The notes under the pieces were generated by a model. The model was given only the letters and a program-made list of their open reading frames with translations, was not told the origin of the DNA and made no database searches. Positions 40,182 to 53,147 of a DNA stretch of 64,000 nucleotides are shown here, one piece after another. Numbering within the stretch: the stretch's first letter is position 1; each line of letters starts with the position of its first letter. Position numbers and translations under genes: made by a program. Source of the DNA: the human T2T-CHM13v2.0 reference genome, Homo sapiens. The stretch lies in assembly GCF_009914755.1 (NCBI RefSeq), contig NC_060944.1; one strand, written 5' to 3'.

Positions 40182-40660
40182 ATTAACAGCATGGACCCTG
40201 GGGGTAAACCAGTGCAGTGTCTGAGTGACCTTGGGACAGTGGCTTAACAATCTGTGCCTCAATTTCCTCATTTGTAAAATGGAGATACTAGTAGTGCCTG
40301 CCTCATTGTGAATTGACAGATGTAAATAGTGTTATGTAAGTATTGAGTGACATTATTATATCTGTATGGTCTATTCCTACTCATTAGAGTATAAAATACT
40401 CTCATGAGGGCAGATAAGTTTGTCTGTTTTGTTCATGACTGAATTCATAATGCCTAAAATAATGCCTGTTACTTAGTAGGTGCTCATTAATATGTGGGGA
40501 ATGAATGAACGATAAAAAATAAGAAGTACGCAGTCCCTTCTCTGTTACTTTGAAAATAAAAGTCTACTTTTATGGTGTGTTTTTCATGCTTTTAAAAACT
40601 CCAAGTAATAGAATAGAACATTCTAATTAAAACTCAAAACAATTCAGAAAAATGCACAAT

Positions 40661-41073
40661 ACACGTATGTTTATTGTAGTGATAGACTGGATAAAGAAAA
40701 TGTGGCACATATACACCATGGAATACTACGCAGCCACAAAAAAGAATGAGTTCATGTCCTTTGCAGGGACATGGATGAAGCTGGAAACCATGATTCTCAG
40801 CAAACTAACACAGGAACAGAAAACCAAATACCACATATTCTCGCTCGTAAGTGGGAGTTGAGCAATGAGAATACATGGACACAGGGAGGGGAACATTACA
40901 CACTGGGGCCTGTTGGGGGAGTGGGGGACTAGGGGAGGGATAGCATTAGGAGAAATACCTAATGTAGATGACGGGTTGATGGGTGCAGCAAACCACCATG
41001 GCACGTGAATACCTATGTAGCAAACGTGCACGTTCTGAACACGTATCCCAGAAATTAAAGTATAATAAAAAAA
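40661..41073 (+). mobile_element. 5'-truncated L1PA6/7 3' end
   Basis: [16 protein letters not shown]...LSKLTQEQKTK, and 3' UTR GATGACGGGTTGATGGGTGCAGCAAACCACCATGG. Confidence 0.9.
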
Positions 41074-41078
41074 TAGTA

Positions 41079-41243
41079 TAGCTGGGCATGGTGATGTACA
41101 GCTGTGGTTGAGCTATTTGGGAGGCTGAGGTGAGAGGATTCCTTGAGATCAGGAGGTCAAGACTGCAGTGAACTATGATTGCACTGCTGCACTCCAGCCT
41201 GGACAACAGAGTGGCACCCTGTCTCAAAAACAAACAAAAAAAG
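41079..41243 (+). mobile_element. Alu right monomer (FRAM / truncated AluJ)
   Basis: Single right arm GCTGGGCATGGTG...GGAGGTCAAGACTGCAGTGAACTATGATT with an A-tail. Confidence 0.85.
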
Positions 41244-41599
41244 TAAAGGCTATTTTTATGCTCTCCCCATCCTTTTCCCAGAGGTACTTTCTGTTAAGTT
41301 TGCTATCATTTTTGAGACTTTTTATTTAATTACATATGTCATAAATGAATTTTGTCCATTTTAGTCTTTGTGTAGTCAAATAGATCAATTATTTCCTTCA
41401 TGGCACTGGAGATTTGTGTCTTGCATAAGAAGATCCTTATAGTCTTTATATTCTCATTTTTAGAACATTTTTGAAATTGAGTGCTTTTGGAGTTTTTCCT
41501 CTTTATCTTATAGTAATGTTTCTCTTGTAACTTCCATCTTGTTGTCTGTCACTTCTTTATTTTGACTGGAGAACATCTGATAAAGATAGTCAGTCAGTA

Positions 41600-41892
<293 letters not shown>

Positions 41893-42374
41893 ATAGTTAC
41901 TCAGTAAATAGAAACATTGGTCTGCAACATGGGTTATCTGCTCACATGTAATGTCTTTTGTGGGGTGAGTGTGCAGTTATTGAAGTAAATGGTCATGTCT
42001 TCCTCACACATAAACCTTATATCAGCTAAGCCCTTCTGACCTTTCAAACATGTGTAAAATTTCCTTGAATCTCAAATCCATGGCTTGCTGAAGTCCAAGC
42101 CTACCCTAAGATGTCTGTGAGTTCCAGGCATGCTCAATGCTGATGACCTCCCTGGTCTGGAGTCAATTGCTTTGTTGCATAAAGTATTTTTCCTCTATGT
42201 GTTTTTCCAGATGAGAAACTCAATCTCTAGTTCAGTTTAAAAGTTATCTTCAAGCAAAATACTCTGAGGTGTTACTAAAGATCTGGAAAGAGATTGTCTA
42301 GTGGATCACATAAGAACCAACTTGATCCTTCATATATTAATCCCTTTTTTATAAGTCTTTGTAAAAAAAGTTGG

Positions 42375-42691
42375 GTTTTGTTTTGTTTAGTTTTGTTTTG
42401 AGACAGAGTCTTGCTCTTGTCACCCAGGCTGGAGCGCAATGGTGTGATCTCAGCTCACTGCAACCTCTGCCTACTGGGTTCAAGCGATTCTTCTGCCTCA
42501 GCCTCCTGAGGAGCTAGGATTACTGGCAACTGCCACCACGGCCGGCTAATTTTTTTGTATTTTTAGTAGAGACAGGGTTTCACCATGTTGGCCAGGCTCC
42601 AGGCTGGTCTCGAACTCCTGACCTCAGGTGATCCATCCGCCTCGGCCTCCCAAAGTGCTGGGATTATAGGCGTGAGCCACCATGCCTGGCC
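42375..42691 (-). mobile_element. AluSq/Sp with (GTTTT)n tail and internal 7-bp duplication CCAGGCT
   Basis: GCTCTTGTCACCCAGGCTGGAGCGCAATGG and GGCCAGGCTCCAGGCTGGTCTCG. Confidence 0.92.
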
Positions 42692-43371
42692 TGTTTTTTA
42701 TCCTTACTGTATTTTCCAATGAACTTTTACTTTCATGATCAGGAAAAAAAGATTTAAAAAAATAGGGAAAAAGTAGCACAATCCCTTATCATCATTTTGA
42801 ACCTATCCTCTCTCCTTATGGCACACAGAGCATTCCACTGTGAATTAGAGTTGAGCCTCAATCCAGATTCCTCTTCAGGCTGGATTTGGGCTCCTTAATG
42901 GTGGAGCCTGAGTCTTGGTTCTTTCTGACCCCTGCCTTGTTACACACTTGGAATCTGACGCACACTTGCTGAGTTGAACTGCAGTGCGCTGCCCAGGTCT
43001 GACGTGAAGGGCCACAGCAGGAACAGAAATGGAGAGACAAAAAAAGAGCAGAGAAGTCTCTAAAGAAGGCGATGTGCATGCAGGACGTGGAGTGTTCTGC
43101 TTTACCTTGCTGTGCCTCTCTTTATTCATCTGTGACATGGGAGCAATAATAGTACCTCCTTATGGCACTGAAGTCAAGATTACTTGAGTTCACTGTAAGT
43201 TAGCTGTAATTGTAATTTGTTCTAACTACTCGATGCTCTCTCTCAAATGCTGCTTCCCCCGTCAGTCCCACCGTGGGGGACTATGCTCTGTGACTGTGTA
43301 ACTGAGGCTGTGTCTGGCCTCTCAATTCTCCCCACATTCTACCTTTTATCTGCTTCATTGCAAACTTCTTT

Positions 43372-45038
<1,667 letters not shown>

Positions 45039-47223
45039 TAAACTTTATATTTCCTTCAATACATTTCACCTGGTAGGTACTAAATAAAACATATTTAATT
45101 AACTTTAAAATAATGTGTTTATTTCTCTTCCCAGGTGCCCTGACTCATTTTTCTTTTTAAATCATAGTTTTTGTTAAACTCCAATGTAAATGTCCTCTGC
45201 TTTTTATGGAGCCAATTCCTGAAGAAACGCACCCTTGGCTTCATCCTGCCTTTGGGAATGAAGCCAAGGATGCCTTTCTCTAGGAATTGGAAAGACAGGC
45301 TTTGAGAATGGAAGGAGAGGTCATGGGTGCCAGCACACGGCAGTGTAGTAGTAAAGACATACTTCAACCCAGGTCCCCTGTCTGCTGTGCCCCAGAAACT
45401 TCAAGGTTGACAGGAAGGGGTACACTTCTTATTTCCCATTTCCAGTCCTGTGTGGGTGGATAACCCTTGTGTGTGCACAGCTCCTGGGCATCCTGCAATG
45501 TTCCAGTGGATGAATATTTATTTATCATTACATTTATCCACAGTTCCAGGCGGCTCAGTCACCCTCACCCCAGTTCCTTGGCAGGTAGGCGACTGAAGCC
45601 AGTTTTTGAATTATTCATAGTTCTAGGGTTCTATTCATGTTTGTCTCAGAGTAAGAGTGAGGAAGACACCCACGCTGCATCTCACAGCCAGAGAGAATCA
45701 GTGGCCATTCCTTAGGGACCAGAGCTCGACCCTGGTAAATATAAATCACCATTTGGGAGGTGTTCTGAAACATGGGGCTGGCCCCAAGTTCGCATTCTGT
45801 CTACAGAAGCCACTTGCTGGGTTGCATTAGTTAATGAGTTAACCCTATTAACTCACTTGGTCTGAAGGGTGTCCGATGGCAAAGGGAGAAGCCAGTGTGC
45901 TGCCACCTGGACCTTCGTTCTCCCCTGAGGGGCCAGGTGAGAACTCATGTGGAAATGACTGCTGGCATTTTTCAGGTATAAACGCTCATCAGACATAAGC
46001 AGTTGCAGCACTGAGGTAGGAGCCTCAGGAGAAAGCTTCCTGTTTAATCTGCAAATAAAGCTTTCTGGGTTTGACGGGGGCTGGCCCTTGCTTGGTAATG
46101 ATAGTGGAGCATGTGTCTTCTGGCTTATGGCTCACAGGCCGCCTTTGCCTGCCCCTCTTCAAAAGAGGGGGGATGCTAGCAGCAGGGCTCAGAAGTGATT
46201 TTTTAAATTAAAACCTTATTTATATGTCCTCCAGAACAATCCAACCCCTTCAGGAGGAGACACAATGCTCTCTGTTTTGCTGGTGAGGCAGAAGAAACAA
46301 AACCACATTATGTACAATATCCCTGAAGCCAAATTACAATGTTTACCTCCACATGTTAACTTGACGTGCATAATTATCTGTGCTTAGAACAGAAAATGGA
46401 AGAGAGGGTTCAATGAACAGCCACCTGTGCATTGTGAGTAATGTTATTCCAACAGAAACAAAATTTGAGGGGGAGCATTTAGGGAGGAGGGAAGGGAAGG
46501 TGGTATTGGAACTGCCTTAAGAGAAGAAGGAGAGAGGGGGAGTTGCTGTTGTGTGGGTGAGACTTCAAAGACATGGCCTGGCACATGGGGGCTCCCTTGT
46601 CCATCCCATTGGTGATGGGACATCACTGAACAACTGCATCATCGTTTCCCCCTCTGAACTAGCATTGGTGTCCCTAGCAATCTCCTATCAAGGATCAGGA
46701 TAGAATAGCTTCAACACAGTGAGACAAGCTCAGCAAGCATTCAGCATCCTATGGCAAAGAATTAAGTTTAATTCTGTGCAAGGCACCACCACAGCCTTTA
46801 CGACTGGCTCAAGTTCAGTTGGGCTGGGCTGTGCCCATTGCAGCACAGATGCAGTGCTTTACCTGCATGCCCTCCCATCCTGATGGGCTTTCATTCCCAG
46901 CAGCCAGCACCTGTGCCTCTCTCATGGTAGGCTACTCCCAGTGGTCAAAGGCACAAAGAGACCCCAGAAGGCCCTGGGGATTTAACTCCTCCAGGGGCTT
47001 TCTTGACCAACAACTGATAGGTATAGGGGTGTAAATAGTCCAGCTCTCTTACCTGGCTGTCCCCCCGCCCCTCCAACATGTACAACTTAGACAGCTCTGA
47101 TGCCTCTCCTGAGCTCCCCAATGGGACTGAGCCAAAGTCCCTCCATGGGACTTTGCTGGATACCACACAGTGGCTTCCTGATCCCACTTTCTATTCCCCT
47201 ACCAGTTTTTCCAAGGACACTTC

Positions 47224-47584
47224 TGATATGGTTTGGCTGCGTCCTTACCCTAATCTCATCTTGAATTGTAGCTTCCATAATTCCCACGTGCTGTGGGAGG
47301 AAACCAGGGACCGGGTGGAAGATAACTGAATCATGGGGGCAGGTTTTCCCATGCTATTCTCATGATAGTCAATAAGTCTCATGAGATCTGATGGTTTTAT
47401 AAAGGGGTGTTTCCCTGCACAAGTTCTCTTGTCTGCCTCCATGTGAGATGTGTCTTATGCCTTCCACCATAATTGGGAGGCCTCCTTAACCATGTGGATC
47501 TGTGAGTCCATTAAACCTCTTTCTTTTGTAAATTGCACAGTCTTGGGTATGTCTTTATCAGCAGCATGAAAACAGGCTACTACA
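47224..47584 (+). mobile_element. THE1B/C solo LTR inside an older LTR16-like remnant
   Basis: TGATATGGTTTGGCTG...AAAACAGGCTACTACA. Perfect TSD ACTTC 47219-47223 / 47585-47589. Confidence 0.92.
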
Positions 47585-48323
47585 ACTTCCTAGAAAATCA
47601 CTTAAACATAAACCCATGGACCACTGATGATGGGTTGAGAAACATTCCCACGGGCAGAAACACAAGACTCTACTGCTCTGGCCACAGCTGATTGGAACAA
47701 GGATGAGGGTTAGACCCAAAGCAGCCAACAATAGATGACTGGCTGAGGTCTGCCTAATGGTCCTGATCTTAGATGTTAGCTGGTTACCCCAATCATATCC
47801 CCTCTTACTCAATTGAAATTGGAGCTACACAATTATTTGGTGACCCCAGGAAAAACAGAAGTAGCAATGGAAAGCAGTTGTCTCATGAAAATCGTGAAGC
47901 ATTAGACTAGGGAGCCATTGGTTAGTGGAGAATGGACAAGCTTTAAACCATCTGAGCTTATTTCAGCCTGAATAGCCTCATTCCTGCATGTCCTTGCAAG
48001 ATGCTGAAGACTGGCTGTGTGGATCTGGAATCATTCTGTGTCCTCTTTTCTTTGTACATTTCACATAACTCTCCCTTCCCCCCAACTAACAGGGCTGTGT
48101 TCCTTATGACCTAAAAAAGCTCAACAGGTACAAAGAAGAATATGAAGAAACAATCCTCACATAATTCTAGAGCCCAGAAATAGCACTATAGAACCTGCTA
48201 ACATTCATTAAAAACTTATATGCCTATTCATGAATATATTTTACAAAATGGGGGTTACATAATATATATCATGGGCATTTTCCCTTGCCCTAAAATACTC
48301 TTTAAGTACATAACTGACCATAC

Positions 48324-48640
<317 letters not shown>

Positions 48641-48881
48641 TAACCCTAATGTTCATCTCTGCATCGTAGAATTACTGGCTGTGGGGAATTCATGGATTTC
48701 TCACAATCCCTAATATGGCTGAGTCTGTGGTTCCACATTTGGCTGCACACTGGCATTCCAGGGGACCTTCAGAGAGTACTAATGTGGAGTCCCACCTCCA
48801 GAGACTGTGGTTTGAATGGTCTAGGGTTGGCCAGGGGCTTGGAATTTTCAGATTTTAAGGAGAACTCATGGGAAACTATTA

Positions 48882-49181
<300 letters not shown>

Positions 49182-50154
49182 AAGTGGGACTTACTATGCT
49201 ACGTGGTTTTGAGGGCAGCTTTTAACTTTAAGTGGGGAGAGACTTTAGGCAGCTTGGAGTCCCATTACCACTTTGTTAATGGCTTTCAAGTCTCTGATGA
49301 CCCTTGAATGCCAAGATGTGTGGTCAAAGTTGTCCTGGAAGAAATGGCTTAGGCCTGAGTTTCTAGGAGCATCTACCACATCCCCCTAACCCTTCTCCCA
49401 CCAGATCAACTTCTGGAATCTTAAGAGTTTCCATTCTCTTCTGGCTGGCCACGCAGAGGACGGGACTTATAAAAAAGAAGCTCACAATGACCCAGTTTTC
49501 AGAAGAGACTCTGCCCTGGCCTCCCACATAGCTCCAAGCAGTTAACCAAAGAGTGATGGTGACCCAGATTATTAGCAACCAGGGGACCTATTAAACCAAG
49601 GCAATGGTAGCGTATGTATATCCCCAGAAGAAGAAACCTAGTTGCTCTAAGTTTTGCTAGTGTGTAAATGACTGATCTTTAACTCTGGTTTGAGAATGGA
49701 TTTTTAAAATAATATTGCCTTAAGATATTGCCATCAGGACAGTGTTGTCAGAGAAGTATAAATTTTTGCTGTTTCACCCTCATTTCTTACATCATCCCAT
49801 TTCTTGAAAGGCAGGCCCTGGGAAGAGAATATCTAAAATTCTAACAAAACCTAGAAATTAGGCTCGGTTCTCTCTGATTGAAAGGTGATAATACTGCCTG
49901 CTTCAAGTAAGACACACACAGAGAGAGAGAGCTGGGGATATGATTTCCTAAAGGCAAACCCAGCTAATGCTTGATGAAGCTCAGTCCCCAATCATCTTAG
50001 GATGCTACCGTGGGTTACAGGCTGTAGTTTTCACAGTCGCCTTGCTTCCCAGTTTTGCAGTTCCCAGCTGATTGTCATAGCCCACTTGGGGCTTACCCAC
50101 AATATCCAGCCTCTTAAGACCCAGTTGCTGGGCATGATTCTAACTGCTGAGGTG

Positions 50155-50578
50155 GGCATGTACCAGCTCATGAGAACCAACTGTTAAATATTCAGGAAAT
50201 CATGAGCTAGTTGTTAAACACAGCCATTATTATTCATTAAATTATATAAAGTTAGTTATAATTAAATACATTGTATTATAAATAAAGAGCATGATTCATC
50301 ATGCTTATTATTTTACTTATTATTTTACTACATTTTACTACATTACTACCTTATTATTTTAGTACATTTTCCTGTTTTCTATGATTATTTATTGTCTCTT
50401 ACCTCTATAGAGTGGAAATACTACACAGTATGTGGTGTGCCACTACACTCCCCCTCCCAACTGGGACATCACTTTTGCATCTTGAAATTCACCATGGTGG
50501 GAGTATTTACCCATGAAAATAGGAAATGCTACAAATCAAGGTATTTTTGTCCTCTCAGGGTGCTGGTTGTTAAACTCT
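50155..50578 (+). mobile_element. hAT-Tip100 Arthur1-type element
   Basis: TACCAGCTCATGAGAACCAACTGTTAAATATTCAGGA and CCATGGTGGGAGTATTTAC...GCTACAAATCA...CTGGTTGTTAAAC. Confidence 0.65.
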
Positions 50579-50864
50579 GAGTTGGGATGATTAGTTGTTC
50601 CAAGTGCACACTCGGGAAATACCCATGACTGGGGTCAGTATGACACAGTGGCCTGGCCTTATGAGCAGTCAGAGGCTACAGAAGCAGGTAGCAGGTTATG
50701 TCTAAGCCTGGCATCAGATCAGAAACCAGGCAGTCAGAAAGTGCGCAGAGGGTCGAGGTCAAAGCAAAAAAGGAGATTAAAAACCAGTCAGAAGGACAGC
50801 CAATCAAAAGTGCTCACCCCCAGGAGGCCTCCAGCCAAGACAACTGTGGCTGATGCCGTGCTGT

Positions 50865-51275
50865 GGGCACCCCTCCCATGTCTGCCCAATGTCCACTGTC
50901 CTACAGGTGCTGACTCATCCTGCTATGAGTACCCGCAGCCTTCACCTGCAAGTGCCAGGAAGTTCATGTCCCTGGTATTGGCTGGTAATGGACAAGAGTT
51001 GGAGGATAAACACCCTCACTTTGGTGCTGTATCTGAGATGAGTTCCACCATCTTCCAGGGGTTCCCTGGCTGTATATTTAGAGAAACAGCACTTCAAAAA
51101 TATCTGATATATCCAGCAAGGCAGAGAGCCCCATTGTCCACTCCTGTAACCTGTTCACTAACACACTTTTGATTGGTTTTCTTCTTCTTGTTGCACTTCC
51201 CTACTCGCCTTTTGGTGTTTTCTGGGTTTAAACCTCAAATAAAGCCTTTGCACTCAATCCTTGTCTTAGCGAGAC
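50865..51275 (+). mobile_element. LTR16-like ERVL LTR remnant
   Basis: GAGCCCCATTGTCCAC..GTAACCTG...CACTTCCCTACTC...CCTCAAATAAAGCCTTTGCACTCAATCCTTGTCT. Confidence 0.55.
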
Positions 51276-51867
51276 CAGGAAAAGTCTTACGTGCTCCTGT
51301 TGAGGCCAGGGTCCCTCCTGGCATGGCTGGTTAGTGCACGGCTGGCTAGGAGATGCAGGGCAGGTCTGCTGATGTGCCCTGGGACAGTGGTTGGGAGAGG
51401 AGGCATGAGCAGATCCCGACATGGAGCCACCCTGAGACAAACCTCCTTGTCCCTGTCCCGCATTCCAGGAAAAGCCTCACTCACATGCCCTGCAGGGGGC
51501 ATTTCACATGGTAAGCAGGGGAGGCGCCCATCCTGAAATCCTGGCCCACTGCAAACTTGCAGTTCACCAGGAGGTAAAGACACCACTCCACTCCCTTGTT
51601 TGCTTAATCTGGAATCACCCTCCCCACTTGAGAGCCCTGTGCAGTTATTTGATTCTTTGGCTGTTTCAGCAGTTCACAGTGTTGCTTGTTGGTGACTGGC
51701 TGTATATTTAGAGAAACAGCACTTTAAAAATATCTGATTGTTCTGCTTATCTCCTGCAGAGGCACCAGGTTTTTATAAATTAAGGATCTGCTAATTGCCA
51801 CAAGAATTCAACTGTTAAACAGAAAATGGATAAATGCAGGCCCAGAGACACTATGCCATCATCTTCC

Positions 51868-52394
51868 TATATATACACACATGTGTATATATATATTATA
51901 TGTGTGTGTATATAATACACACGTATACATATGTATTTTGTATATACATGTGCATGTAATATTTATGTATAAAATATATAAATATGTATATATACATGTG
52001 TATGTACATATATACATATTTATATATTTACATATGTATATATGTATATGTACATATATACATATTTATATATTTACATATGTATATATGTATATGTACA
52101 TATATACATATTGCATACTACATAACATAATATATAGTATATATTATATGTATAGTATGTAATATATGGTATAATGTAGCATAATATAGTATAGTATAAT
52201 ATAGTATATTATTGTATAGTATAGTGCAGTATATAATATATAGTACAATATATGCAATACTATACTATATATACATTATATATAGTAAATATATTATGTA
52301 GCAGATAATGTTTATAAATACTATTATGTAGTATATTTTATATATATATATACACTTGTGTGTGTTTATGTGTGTATGTGTGTATGTATATATA
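51868..52394. repeat. Long (TA)/(TATG)/(TAGTA)-rich low-complexity repeat
   Basis: About 525 bp of degenerate TA/TG/CA dinucleotide and TATAG units. Confidence 0.95.
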
Positions 52395-53042
52395 TTTTAA
52401 ATTTGATTGAAAGGACTAGTGATAAATAATGTGTCTCAGAGGACTGTTGCCTTTGCCATAAACAGGTTGTCTGTTTCTCCCATGGGGTTGAGCCTGGTTC
52501 AGTTCCACATCTGCAGAATCCAATCTGACTTGCTGAGCAATGGCCTGGTGGGAATGTGCATTGTGACTCAGCAAAATGTCCCAGTGTATGTTCCCATACA
52601 TAATCTTATTTTATGATTCTTCTCTTCATGGTTTGCAGTTAGGTTGTTGCTGTCTTTTTGTGCTGTGTTCTTGCACACATTATTTTTGGATACATTGGGA
52701 TATACATAAATTTAGCGTCATTACCATTGATAGTAATAACTATAATGGCGTTTAAGTAACCAGAGCCAGGCTGAAGCAGAACCGTCATTGGCAAATTGTC
52801 CAAACTCTTACATAAGTCAGGGGTCAGTCCTCAAATCAGAAATCATTCTAAGTCTTTCACTGAAAGAATATTTAGCACAGGGAATTAGTGGCACATGTGA
52901 TAGAGGCCAAGAGACAACAGAGGGGCCTGTGAGGCAGCCTGGAGGAAGATGGGGCCCCCGCTGGGCTGCAGGAGAGAGGAGGAGAAGGTCAGAACCCAGA
53001 AGCTGGGACTGCCCATGGGTGGTGGGACCATGAAGGAGTTGC

Positions 53043-53147
53043 AGGGAGGGCAGGAGGGAGAGAGAGAGAGAAAGAGACACAGAGACAGAGACAGAGACAG
53101 AGGCAGAGTGAGAAGAGGGAGAGGGGAGAAAAGGAGAGGAGAGAAAG
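53043..53147. repeat. GA-rich / (GAGACA)n purine tract
   Basis: Direct reading of the sequence. Confidence 0.85.

Larger units (their letters stand above)
36310..40509 (+). mobile_element. L2 LINE 3' region hosting MLT1A, MIR and Charlie3 insertions
   Basis: L2 motifs CTAGACATCCCAACTTGGATGT and CTCAGTAAATGGCAA, with the 3' tail TAGTAGGTGCTCATTAATA...GAATGAATGAA at 40474-40509. Confidence 0.75.

Noticed and set aside
50648-51172. 174-aa ORF
   Set aside because: Spans an LTR remnant and the 43-bp insertion, with no domain similarity.
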